64,000 nt of DNA from Octopus vulgaris (taxonomy: Eukaryota), in NCBI GenBank assembly GCA_951406725.2, contig OX597832.1, positions 40,300,001-40,364,000 on the forward strand, written 5' to 3'. Numbering within the stretch: position 1 is the stretch's first letter; each line of letters opens with the position of its first letter. The notes beneath the pieces were generated by a model. The model was not told the DNA's origin, made no database searches, and saw only the letters and a list, made by a program, of their open reading frames with translations. The position numbers were made by a program, and so were the translations under genes. Positions 37,208 to 49,760 of this stretch are shown piece after piece.

Positions 37208-38839
37208 TTCTATCGCCCCACCACCGTACATATCTCTATGAGATATTTAGAAATTTAATATTTCAGATATTCTTTTATATATTTCAGTCATTTGACTGCG
37301 GCCATGCTGGATATTTGGCTCATGATCTAAAGATCATGAGTTCAATTCCTGGCAGAGCATATTGTATCCTTGAGCAAAGTACTTGATTTCATGTTGCCTC
37401 AGTCCACTCAGCTGGTAAAAATGAGTTGTACCTGTAATTCATTGGGGGCCAGCCTTGTTGTATCCTGAGTCATGTTGAACCTCACTGAGAACTACATGAA
37501 GGGTATGCATGTCTATGGAATACTCAGCCACTTGTATGTTAATTTCATGAGCAGCAGGCTGTTCCATTGACTGGATCAACTGGAATCCTCATTATCATAA
37601 GTGACAGAGTGCCATAACTTAACCTGCAAGAATTAGCAGCCAAATTTCCCTTCAATTATATCCTTGAAATTACATCTTGAAAATGAAGGATATCTTGAAT
37701 AATTTAGTCTTAGATGCACAAAATGACAGGATGGTCATGGCTGGAATGACTTTAGTAATAGATTTGTTCAATTAGGATTGATCTGAAACTAAACAAAATC
37801 AGCTCCATTAAAAAATATCTACAGCAGCTGGTGAGCATATGGCAGACCTATGGCATACATACATCCACCCCAGACTTCCTTCATATCTTGCCTCTGAAAA
37901 AAACAACCTCGTTTCTCCTTGCTCCCTAAAGTAGATTATCTTACTTCCTGAATCATCAATCAAGTTGATAAGGCACACAGCTAATTCCCTTCACCTTTAG
38001 CAAGAAAAAATATCAAGTGTTCTAAATCTTTCTTCTAAAAATTGTTCTAAGAAATGAAGGAAGTTTAGAATTTCAATCACTTCTTTAAAGCTTGTAAATA
38101 TTTGTGAAACTTTTACAGTAGGCTAGCTAAGATATTGAGGTTACACGTACGCAAATTAGTAAACATTAAATTCTTAAAAACCAGGAAGTGAGAAAGTATT
38201 TGGTGCAATGGTTATGCATTCATGATCGTATGATTGTGGTTTCCATTCTTGGAAAGATATTGTCCTTGAGCATACCACTTTATTTCACATTGCTCCAGTT
38301 CACTCAGTTGGCTAAAAATGAGTGTATCCTGTGAAGGGCTGGTGACCTGCCAAAGGGTGGGAAATATCTACATCACAGAATTCAGGAACTGGCATTCTGT
38401 TGGTTATGACAATGTGGGTTCCAGTTGATCTGACTAATGAAACAGCATGCTTGAAGAATTAACATGCAAGTGGCTGAGTACTCCACAGACATGCATACCC
38501 TTAATGTTGCTCTCAGGAAGATTCAACATGGCACAATGTAATAAGGCTGGTAATTTTTAATTACAAATACAATTAAATTTTGCCTGTAGTGTGGATTGGA
38601 ACAACATTAAATAAAGTGTCTTGCTCAAGGACACAGTGCAGCACTAGGAATTGAATTCACGACCTTACGCTTATGAGCCAAATACCCTAACAGTATGGCC
38701 ATATGCCTTCAATCTGAGAATCTGGGAAACTGGTCTTATGAGCCTATGGCTCAGGAAGGACCCTTGCTCCTTTTATTTTTTTTGTTTTTTGAAAACCAGT
38801 TCCCTTCCAGAAGTCTAACCAGTTATTCAATACAGATTT

Positions 38840-39320
38840 TGAAAAAGAAACAAGTTAAAAAGATTAGGGGACTAAAATAGCAAATACCAAAAATGAAATT
38901 TCCAAACCAAATTGAAATTACACATGGATCACATTAGAAAGCCATCTTAACCGTGTCATTTCAAAACTCTTAAAGTGAGCTACCTAAGATATATGGGCTA
39001 CACATACACAAGTTCTAAATTATAAATTCTTTTAACCAATAAATATTTTCAAGACCTTTACTTTAGTGCTAAGATATAGGATTACAAACACGAAAGATAT
39101 TAAATATAAATTCTTAAAACAAGTAAATATTTTCAGTAGCCTTCCAAAGGACTACCCAAGATATGGGGTTACACACATGAAAGTTATCCAATGCAGATTC
39201 CAAAAGGGAAACAAGTTAAAAAGATTAGGGAACTAAAACAGCAAATGCCAAAAATGAAATTTCAAAATCAAATTGAAATTACACATGGATCGTATTAGAA
39301 ATCCATTTTAACCGTGTCGT
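38840..39320. repeat. Diverged local tandem duplications
   Basis: An about 115-bp segment at 38841 recurs at 39201, with shorter CTAAGATAT..GG.TACAC units between them. Confidence 0.7.
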
Positions 39321-39460
39321 TCACATTCTAGTGCCATCATCAACCCATTGCTTTCTGATGACCCAATAATTCTACCTAAATGGCTTTAATTCTTTTTCCA
39401 GCAGCACATCTACAGAAAACTCTTTTTAAAATAATGTGGTTACAGTGGTAGTAGTGGTAA

Positions 39461-39514
<54 letters not shown>

Positions 39515-40228
39515 AGCTTGTGGTGGTGTGGGGGTGATGATGATGATGATCATCATCATCGCCGCCGCTGCCACCACCACCACCACATAGGGCCGCCAGC
39601 AACAGCAGCAGCAACAGCACTATAACCACCACCACCACCACCACTACAACCATAATCACCACCATGACAACCACCCTCACAGATATAGATTCCAAGTCAG
39701 TCTTTAACCAAAATCTCCCCCACACAACCCAACACTCAACTCAGTCGTTAACCATTATACAACAACAATAACAACAACAACAACAACATTACATTCAGAA
39801 ATATCTTTCAGATTAAACAAACACTTTTGTTATTCTTTCTGAAATTTCCTCAAAACAAAAAATCCCTTGTGGTGTTTAGTTTATGGTAATTGTCCAATTC
39901 TTTAGCAATTCTCTGCCAAATCCAAACACCTGTAGATTAACAGAATTGTCAGAGAATTGCACAAGTCTTTTTTTCTTTTTACCTTTTACTTGTTTCAATT
40001 ATTAGATTGTGACTATGCTTATTTTTTTTTTTTTTTTTGTTAAGCTTGGTACTTATTCTATCGGTCTCTTTTGCCAAACTGTTAAGTTACGGAGACGTAA
40101 ACACACCAACACTAGTTGTCACTATATATATATATATTATAATAATCCAGGTTTCTCAGAGCACTAGGCCACTTGGTGTTGAATAGATATACTATTAAAT
40201 TAGTATCTAATTCTCTCACCCTTATTAA

Positions 40229-40283
<55 letters not shown>

Positions 40284-40477
40284 GGCTCGCAAAAAACCGA
40301 TAATTCCCAAAACTGAGTTTAAGTATAAATAATTCTCAAACTGGTTAAAAAACCGGTTTTCGCAGGTACTGCTTAAGAAGAATGGTCCCGATGTGTGCAC
40401 TCGCGCAAGCTAGTCGTGACTAGTTGATCCTTACTTTGTGTTTTTTGTATTTTATTTATTTTGTTTTTAAAAAATTA

Positions 40478-40928
40478 GGATCTTTTCGGTTTGAACGGCA
40501 GTTTTTCTAGCGGTGTCATATGAAATTGTCACCCATAATTATGACCCTAGTATCGATCTATTGCCTTTCAATCTGTTTTAGGGTTAGGGTTAGTTAGTGT
40601 TAGGGTTAGTTAGTGTTAGGGTTAGGGGTTGGGGAAGGGTTTCTTTTTTTTTTCAGAAGTGTATATAAACCCAATCTGTTTCTTAAACGAGGGACATTTT
40701 CATACGTCACAGAATGTTTTCATCTCAATAGACGTCATTGATTGGTTGAAATTGCAGAAATTGAAGAAAAAAAAATAACAAATATCTTACGTAAAACTAT
40801 AGAATTTTCTCAATAAAGCCGAGAGAAAAAGATGTTTTATAAACACATTCTACCAGTATACGATGTTTAAAAGTGTTTAGTTACGTGGAAATTATTTTTA
40901 AAAACTGCCGTCCAAACCGAAAAGATAC
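40478..40928. mobile_element. MULE-like MITE with 9-bp TSD and internal TTAGGG repeats
   Basis: TIRs GGATCTTTTCGGTTTGAACGGCAGTTTTT / AAAAACTGCCGTCCAAACCGAAAAGATAC, flanked by AAAAAATTA at 40469-40477 and 40929-40937. Confidence 0.8.
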
Positions 40929-41146
40929 AAAAAATTATTTACTTTGCTAGGTAGTCGTTGTAGGATCGACTAGTCACGACTAGCTAGCGCAGATGCGCGA
41001 CTACGCGAGTGCGCGCACCGGGACCACTCTTCTTAAATAGTACCCGAATTCGTTAGAGATTTCAAATCCATCTGTTACCATCTTGGGCTCTTCATTCATA
41101 TTCTTCATTGCGCTTGTTTTATTCACGAATGAGTCCATTACCTTCA

Positions 41147-41356
41147 TAATAATAATAATAATTGTGTACAGTGCTCAGGTGCACTACAACTCATCTAAAG
41201 TGTATATATAATCAGGTGTAGTTTCGGCGGATTTCGGAAAGCATGAGGGCCTTAAAGGATGCAGTGTCATGGCAGTCAACAACTGATGCAGGCAGTTTAT
41301 TCCACGCTTCAGCAACCCTGAGCGTGAAAAACTGTTTCCGAAAGTCATGGGAGCAG
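41147..41356 (-). mobile_element. 3' end of the same CR1 family, inserted inside a hAT element
   Basis: Closely matches 15120-15430 (AGTGCTCAGGTGCACTACAACTCATC...) and has an (ATT)n tail. Confidence 0.85.
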
Positions 41357-42670
41357 ATGGGACAACAGTAACACTTGTTTTTCGGTTTCCTCCTATTTCA
41401 TTTTCTTTGTATAATTCTGTTGTGTTCCCAGCGACATGTTCAGGAAATAATCTCCTATATGTTTGTTCAACATACTTCCTTAAATGTTGTTTCGTTAAAA
41501 AATAGAAAAGATCCAGAAATTGACTCACCTTTAAACTTCCTTGGGTTATGTAAATACCTCAAGAGAGTCAAGCTTTCGACATTTCTTCTCTTATTATATC
41601 TATGCTCAAGTCTTTCACGAAGATTTAGAGCCAAAGGGTTTTATTATTCAATAAAAATTCTAAAGAAAATTCCGCTTTCGGTAAACCCGTATCATCAGCG
41701 CAAAAAGCCTTCAAAATAATTTCTACTGGATACAGAATTCCATATAGTAAATCGAGAGATTTCCATTCTTCGTCAGCGATGGGCATCTGTGGAAAGTTCT
41801 GCTCGTAGAGCATTTGGAATGCAGCTTTTCAATTTCAAAAATCTCTCAATCATATCTAATGTGCAATTCCACCGAGTTCTGCAATCCAGTATAAGTTTAT
41901 ATTCTCTGTTATCAAAGTTCGCTCGTACAAAATCTTGCAAAATTTCATTTTTTGTAGGAGATTTACGGAAAAGTTTTGAAATATTTCTTACCTTATTTAA
42001 AACTTTGTTAAATTCAGGTTTTGGCTGGGGAAAACAAGCATTTTCGTGAGCCAAATCTGTTTGACAAAGTATGTCTTGTAGGCTTATGTCAGCTTCATCA
42101 TCACTATCGTCTGTTATGGCGATCACTGTCGTCTGTTAAAGCGATCTCTTCACTTTTTTTTATAAAAAAATCTGGAACTGGTTATTATTACACATGCTCA
42201 ACGGGAAAGATCACCCGACTGAAAACTAAAAACATCCCCTTGACTTGCTATGAATAAACTCTGTTACCTGCAAATTCAAAGAGTCAGCCGGGGGTTACCG
42301 AAGGAGATGACAAGGTGCTGATCTAAGGTTCAAGGGGAAAGAAGGTGAGAATTGATATGTTGCGATACGTTTCAACGGAACAGACAACTAAAGGCGACCG
42401 ACAACAGTTCATTTAGTTCAGTTTCAACGATATTTCTTCAAAAGAAATAAATGGGGAAATGTTTTGCGAAAAAAGAAAAAAAGAAAAAGAAACAGCAAGC
42501 CTTAAAATCAGTTTTGGCAAATCCGTTCCGGTTTTACTGATCATAATATAAAACCAGGCCTAATATATATATATAAATTAAATTAGAGGCAACTCAAACA
42601 GTGATAGACATAAACCAAAACATAAAAAAACAAAAAATAAATATAATTAATATAATGTATAATATATATA

Positions 42671-43202
42671 TCTATATATATAAAACTCTAGTTGTGTGAG
42701 TGTCTGTCCCCTTCGATTTAGATTCCTAACTACTCCCACATTTTGCGGTGCAGTTTAACCAAATTCGGGTATCTTATAGTCGTGATTCATATCGAGCCCG
42801 TCTGAGTATTAGCGCGCGTCTACGATGAGTCTACGATTTTAAAAATAATTTAACATCATTTTTTATTCCATTTTAATGCATAATTTTTCGTGTGTCGATG
42901 GCGGCGGAGTTGGCGTCCACGGTCACACCTGCACCTGTTTGCTTCTCCCCCTTCTTCCCTCCCTCGTGAAGCTGTGGGGAAGGGGGTGTAAGGAAATCAA
43001 CGTCGTAAAGCGTTGTCAAGGAGACCAGCATTCTTTTAGAACAACGACTTCATGGCTTGAAGACACTGAGTCAACGATTTAAAAAAAAAATTACCATAAT
43101 TTTTTATTCCATTTTTAATGCATTCTTTTGCTATAACTCTCTAAAAATGCTTATATAGTTATTTCCCTTACAAACTCGAGCAACGCCGGGCGATACTGCT
43201 AG
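42671..43202 (+). mobile_element. Non-autonomous Helitron
   Basis: A|TC...CTAG|T ends, a subterminal GC hairpin (CTCGAGCAACGCCGGG), and no TSD. Confidence 0.85.
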
Positions 43203-43319
43203 TAAAATATAAAATTTAAAATTTGAATTATTAAAATTTTAAATCTTAAAATTTATATTTTTAAATTTTTAACTTTTTAATTCTTAATTTTTTTTTATAT
43301 TACTAACCAAAAAGTATAA

Positions 43320-43388
<69 letters not shown>

Positions 43389-43433
43389 TAGAGTTTTATA
43401 TAACTAACCAAAAAGTATAAATTTATATATATA

Positions 43434-43961
43434 CTAGCAGTATTGCCCGGCGTTGCTCGGGTTTGTAAGGGAAATAACTATATAAGCATTTTTAGAGAGT
43501 TATAGCAAAAAAATGCATTAAAAATGGAATAAAAAATGATAATTTTTTTTTTTAATCGTTGACTCAGTGTCTTCAAGCCATGAAGTCGTTGTTCTAAAAG
43601 AACGCTGGTTTCCTTCACAACGCATTACGACGTTGATTTCTTTACACTCCCTTCCCCACAGCTTCACGAGGGAGGGAAGGGGGAGAAGCAAACAGGTGCA
43701 GCCGTGAGCGTGGACGCCAACTCCGCCGCTATCGACACACGATGCATTTTATGCATTAAAATGGAATAAAAAATGATGTTAAATTATTTTTAAAATCGTA
43801 GACTCATCGTTGACGCGCGCTAATAGTCAGACGGGCTCGATATGAATCACGACTATAAGATACCCGAATTTGGTTAAACTGCACCGCAAAATGTGGGAGG
43901 AGTTAGGAATCTAAATCGAAGGGGACAGACACTCACACAACTAGAGTTTTATATATATAGA
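43434..43961 (-). mobile_element. Non-autonomous Helitron, copy 2
   Basis: Reverse-complement near-copy of 42671-43202 with a CTAG end at 43434. Confidence 0.85.
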
Positions 43962-44196
43962 TATATATAAATTAAATTAGAGATAAAACCGCTATTAGGC
44001 AACTCAAACAGTGATAGACATAAACCAAAACATAAAAAACAAAAAGTAAATATAATTAATATAATGTATAATATATATATAAAATATAAAATTTAAAATT
44101 TGAATTATTAAAATTTAAAATTTTAAAATTTTAAACTTTTTAATTCTTAATTTTTTTTTTATATAACTAACCAAAAAGTATAAATTTATATATATA

Positions 44197-44693
44197 CTAG
44201 CAGTATCGCCTGGCGTTGCTCGGGTTTGTAAGGGAAATAACTATATAAGCATTTTTAGAGAGTTACTTCCCTTATAGATGCCAATTCGGGCTTTCTTAGC
44301 CATTTCTGTTTTGGTGTCTTCAAGCCATGAAGTCGTTGTTCTAAAAGAACGCTGGTCTCCTTGACAACGCTTTACGACGTTGATTCCCTTACACTCCCTT
44401 CCCCACAGCTTCACGAGGGAAGGAAGAAGGGGGAGAAGCAAACAGGTGCAGGTGTGACCATGGACGCCAACTCCGCCGCCATCGACACACGAAAAATTAT
44501 GCATTAAAATGGAATAAAAAATGATGTTAAATTATTTTTAAAATCGTAGACTCATCGTAGACGCGCGCTAATAGCCAGACGGGCTCGATATGAATCACGA
44601 CTATAAGATACCCGAATTTGGTTAAACTGCACCGCAAAGTGTGGGAGTAGTTAGGAATCTAAATCGAAGGGGACAGACACTCACACAACTAGA

Positions 44694-44745
<52 letters not shown>
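44197..44745 (-). mobile_element. Non-autonomous Helitron, copy 3 (variant 3' part)
   Basis: CTAG at 44197-44200 and the same body sequence; the 5' end runs into (TA)n. Confidence 0.83.
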
Positions 44746-44774
<29 letters not shown>

Positions 44775-44800
44775 ATATAACTAACCAAAAAGTATAAATT

Positions 44801-44884
<84 letters not shown>

Positions 44885-44924
44885 CATGTACATGTATATA
44901 TATTTAAATATATACATATATATC

Positions 44925-45230
44925 TGATTAGGGTGTTGGTTAAGTGGATCATTTCCTCAAATCTAAATAAAGTCTTGTTGACTAATATTAATCTTTCTTA
45001 GTCATTGATGAGTCTGGAAGAAACACAATGACAATAAACCCACACATTTATATCACGAGTGTGTTTTAAGCAAATGTATTTTCGCATGGAAGCACAGATA
45101 TGACAAAGAAATATTAGTACAATGGATATCCGTAAGAATTTCTGACCATGAGTTTTCAGTTCTATCAACTGAACTACCAAGCTCATTGAAGTAGTGTGTA
45201 ATTGGTTTAGTATTCCCCAGACATGTATAG
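44925..45230 (+). repeat. About 300-bp repeat (putative Penelope-like terminal repeat), copy 1
   Basis: Near-identical to 49445-49760 and contains a degenerate hammerhead-like motif at about 45001-45032. Confidence 0.6.
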
Positions 45231-45349
45231 TAATATTACAATCATGAAATTAGCATTAGCTCATCTCACTCTTTCTCACAGAACCCATAGGAACCATTTT
45301 TGGAACCCTAGGGTTGCAGGGAACCCCGGTTGAGAAACATTGCTCTAAC

Positions 45350-45710
45350 CCCTTCCAAGTTAAACTTGAAACTGATATCAGTGCCTTTAAAAACTCTAAA
45401 AATAAGTTTGCTTCTTTTTTTATAACACTTATAATTTACGAAAAGTTAGGAATGATAAATATAATGCGTTGCTATTTTATTGTAAATATAAAGATGCGGA
45501 AATTAGCAAATATAATGATGTCAAGGATGAAGCTAATCTGTTTGCAGAATGGATTCAAATTGACAATAGAGTAGAATGTTTTGCTAAAAGGGAAGTCTTT
45601 CAAACTTTAGACAATTACAAACTCCAATTTGCAAGAAGCCCATCAGTAGACTCATAAATCCTGCTTGGACAAGGATAGGTTCATTAGTCAGGGATATATT
45701 AAGAAATAAT
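45350..45710 (+). mobile_element. Penelope-like element RT N-terminal fragment
   Basis: IDNRVECFAKREVFQTLDNYKLQF...RLINPAW..IG resembles the PLE motif DRIE..AKR.AFITLKDHK...RLINPAKSEIG. Confidence 0.65.
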
Positions 45711-45983
45711 AATTCTTTCTACTATAGGCACAAGGCCTGAAATATCAGGGGAGGGGACTAGTCAATTCCATCAACCCCAGTGCTCAACTGGTACATGCTT
45801 TATCAATCCTCAAAGGATGAAAGACAAAGTGAACCTCAGTGGAGTTTGAACTCAGAACACAAGGACAGCTGAAATGTTGCTAAGCATTTTGCCTGGCATA
45901 CTAACGATTCTGCCAGCTGTAAGGCAGTGCTCCAGCATGGCCACAGTCAGATGACTGAAACAAGAAAAAGAATAAAAAAATAT

Positions 45984-46014
<31 letters not shown>

Positions 46015-46124
46015 TACATTAAAGCATTTATTCATATTATTCAGAATTCAAATTTTGTCTATGTCAATTTTGCTTTTTATCCTTTCCAGTTTGAAAAATA
46101 AGTACCAGTTGAGCACTGGAAGCA

Positions 46125-46496
46125 GAGGCCAATGGCCCAATGGTTAGGGCAGCGGACTCGCGGTTGGAGGATCGCGGTTTCAATTCCCAGACCGGGCGTT
46201 GTGTGTGTTTATTGAGTGAAAACACCTAAAGCTCCACGAGGCTCCGGCAGGGGGGGGGGGTGGCAACCCCTGTTGTACTCTTTCGCCCCAACTTTCTCTC
46301 ACTCTTTCTTCCTGTTTCTTATCCCCGACTTCCTACACAACCGCTAAGCCTGGATGCGCATTCATCCATCCGTCGATGCTCTCTGTGTCGGGTGTTGACC
46401 TGCTTTCTCTTCTGCGGGTCTTACGAATAGCAAAGGACCACGTTTCGGACTTCTCCCACTGGGACGAAGACCGCTTCGCTCAGCAGCAACAGCAGC
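46125..46496 (+). mobile_element. tRNA-derived SINE with (CAG)n tail inserted into a family B SINE
   Basis: A-box/B-box head (TGGCCCAATGGTTAGGGCAGCGGAC...GGTTTCAATTCCC) and an about 13-bp TSD AGCACTG(G/A)AAGCA at 46112-46124 and 46497-46509. Confidence 0.8.
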
Positions 46497-47135
46497 AGCA
46501 CTGAAAGCAATATAATCAACTTACCCACTACTACCCTGAAACTGCTGCCGTTGAGCCTAAATTTGAAACTAATATTACTGTTCAGAATCTTCAGCATGTC
46601 AGACAAAATGCTTAGCAGCATTTCATCCATCTTTACACTCAGAGTTCAAATTCTACCGAGGTAACCTTTGCCGTTCATCATTCTGGAGTTGATAAAACAT
46701 GCATCAGTTGAGCACTAGGGTTGATGTAATCAACTATTCCACCAAAACTGCTGGCATTATGCCAAAATTTGAAACCAATATTCCTGGCATAAATTATTTA
46801 ACGAAAACAAGTTATAGGTGAATTGCAACGATAAAATATTTAGAACATATGAAAATTATTTTGAGAAACCATAATAGTCTTCAAATTTTGATATGAAATT
46901 TTATATGTAAATGTGCATACATACCTGTATACATGTGAATGTGCTCATACATGTTGCATATGTGTATATAAAAGTAATTATATCAATATACGTATATGTA
47001 TGTATATAAGTATACCTGACTGAATGATTTTGTATATACTAATATATGAATGGATCTGCATATCTGTGTTTATACATATACATACATAGATACATGTGTG
47101 TGTACGCACACACACACACATATGTGTATATTTAC

Positions 47136-47183
<48 letters not shown>

Positions 47184-47224
47184 AATAAATGGAGTTTAAC
47201 GCAGGTATAATTCAAATACTTTTT

Positions 47225-47309
47225 CTTCCGACACATGTTTCGAAGATTTCACTGATATTATTCCAAGGAATAAATGTTGTAAAACAATGTAATCTTCTCT
47301 TCAGGGAAG
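47225..47309 (-). ncRNA. Type I hammerhead ribozyme motif with intact core
   Basis: The - strand reads CUUCC-CUGAAGA-GAAGAUU...AAUCUUC-GAAA-CAUGUG-UC-GGAAG. All three stems and the core nucleotides are present, with a GUC cleavage triplet. Confidence 0.8.
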
Positions 47310-47413
47310 TGAAGAAATGAAACTTGTCAATAAGACATTTTAACAGAAAATTATGGATATGTATAGTGATCTATATTTTCCATGTTAATTGTTAACAAGG
47401 GAAAAATACACTC

Positions 47414-47454
<41 letters not shown>

Positions 47455-48219
47455 TATATGTAGTCAATTCAAGGATATCTTATCCTCATTAGGGATTAAT
47501 AAATCCAAAATTTCACTGGTTTAATCTCCATCACATTTGAAGAAAATTTCTACATTGCGTTGTGAATTTAAGTTCCTACAAGCAAGAATTTAACTTTCAG
47601 AACATAAGACTTACCACATTATCTAGTGTATAGCTGCAGTTCAAATGGGTACAAAACCTAAAACAAATGTGTGTGTGCGTGTGTGTGTGTATGTGGTTGG
47701 GTCTTTAATAGCCATGGGTCAATTTAAGTGCCATCACAGGAAGGAATTCAAAATGGCAACACATACAAACATGTACATACAAACATACCCATACATACAC
47801 AAATGCATACCTGTCAGCCACTTCCAAAAGCCAGTTTGATCCAAAATTCTGACCAACATTCTTTATATATTTGCACACACACAAACACACACACACACAC
47901 ACAGATTCAGCTTTTCATTTTTATTTATTACTTTTTTTCTTTTAATCATCTAATCTTTTAATCTTTTACTTGTTTCAGTCATTTGACTGCGGCGCCTGTC
48001 ACTATTCATCTGTTTTTAGTTTTTATTTTGAAGATTTCACTTTAGTGACACCAGTTACACATGGTACCAGGAACTTGCTTGGTCTCGTCAAAGTAGAAAA
48101 AGCATTGTTTTTTTTGAGTTTTTGAAAATTTGAAACAAAAAGGTATAGTTTTTTTGAAGTGAGAGTCACAGAGATGTGAAAATATAGCTACTACTCTTTA
48201 ATTTCAAATTAAACTTACC

Positions 48220-48827
48220 AAAGACCTTTGGAAATATGTTGTGCTTGTGAAGACCCGGCAAGCCAAGTGAGACCATAGCCTCGTGGCCTATGCCAGGGGT
48301 GTAACTAGCCAGATTATGTGTACCTTTCCTTCATTGGACACTAAACTCTGCTTGCAAAGACCTGTTGAGGCAAGTGAAATCGAAATCGAATTCAATGACT
48401 GGCATCCGTGCTAGTGGAGCGCTAAGAGCATAATCATTGCCAGAGCAGCTGACTGGCTTCCATGCTGGTGGCACGCAAAACGCACCATTCGAGCGTGATC
48501 ATAACCAGCGTCGCCTCACTGGCACTTGTGTCGGTGGCATGTGAAAAAACATTCGAGCGAGGTTGTTGCCAATGCCGTTGGACTGGCTCCTGTGCAGGTG
48601 GCACATAAAAAACACCATTTGAGTGTGGGCGTTGCCAGTACTGCCTGACTGGCCCTCGTGCTGGTGGCACGTAAAAGCACCCACTGCACTCTCGGAGTGG
48701 TTGGCATTAGGAAGGGCCAGATCAGATTGGAGCCTGGTGCAGCTATCTGGTTCGCCAGTCCTCAGTCAAATCGTCCAACCCATGCTAGCATGGAAAGTAG
48801 ACATTAAACGATGATGATGATGATGAT
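48220..48827 (+). mobile_element. RTE-type LINE 3' end: ORF end, tandem-repeat-containing 3' UTR and (GAT)n tail
   Basis: DLWKYVVLVKTRQAK* is followed by a UTR ending CCAACCCATGCTAGCATGGAAAG..ACATTAAACGATGATG. Truncated copies lie at 2290-2510, 5669-5843, 7395-7897, 12012-12225, 19865-20140 and 53260-53735. Confidence 0.75.
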
Positions 48828-49376
48828 ATAAGTTTATACATACAGTCATACTTGTACATATTTATACACACCTACCAATGTGCATGCATATACATACGTG
48901 TGTATGTATGCGTGAGTGTCTAAATGTGTGTGTGTGTGCATGTTATTTTTATTGTTGTACATTGATGAAATCAGTAAAATCTGTTATCCTTTACTTGGAA
49001 AAGGAAATGAGGGCTTGTATTAGAAAAGTCAAAGATGGATAATGAACTATGTACTAAAAGAAAAATAGGAAAATATATATATATATAATTATCGTTCACA
49101 TGACATTAATATATATGTTATGTAAACTAATATTTTGAAAACGAAAGTGTTTAATATTTAATTAGGTCTATATATTTATGTGTGTGTGTGTGTGTCTGTG
49201 TGTATGTAACTGATAAACTTTATACAATCTACAATCAAAATTTGCAGTTCTATTTTTATTAAACTGCCAGTGTCTTCAGAGCAAAACTTTAGAATTTTTT
49301 TTTACCTGCTTTTCCACCTCTGACTGTCACCCATTCCCACTCCATTTGTTATTTTACTCTTCTTCTCCCAACGTGA

Positions 49377-49414
<38 letters not shown>

Positions 49415-49444
49415 AATGTGTGTGTGTGTGTTTATACGTGTATT

Positions 49445-49760
49445 TATATCTGATTAGGGTGTTGGTTAAGTGGATCATTTCCTCATGTCTAAATAAAGTC
49501 TTGTTGTTGACTAATATCAATTTTTCTTAGTCATCGATGAGTCTGGAAGAATCACAATGACAATAAACCTACACATTTATATCACGAGTGTGTTTTAAGC
49601 AAATGTATTTTCGCATGGAAGCACAGATATGACAAAGAAACAATACCACAAAGGATATCCGTAAGAATTTCTGACCACGAATTTTCAGTTCTTCTATCGA
49701 CTGAACTACCAAGTGCACTGAAGTAGTGTGTAAGTGGTTTAGTATTCCACATACAGATGC
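49445..49760 (+). repeat. About 300-bp repeat, copy 2
   Basis: Near-identical to 44925-45230. Confidence 0.6.

Larger units (their letters stand above)
40281..42562 (-). mobile_element. hAT element with decayed transposase and nested insertions
   Basis: TAGGGCTCGC...AGGCCTA termini flanked by ATATATAT. The - strand from about 41370 to 42170 encodes KVRNISKLFRKSPTKNEILQ...LILDCRTRWNCTLDMIERFL...EEWKSL, the hAT TRWNS region, frameshifted. Confidence 0.88.
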
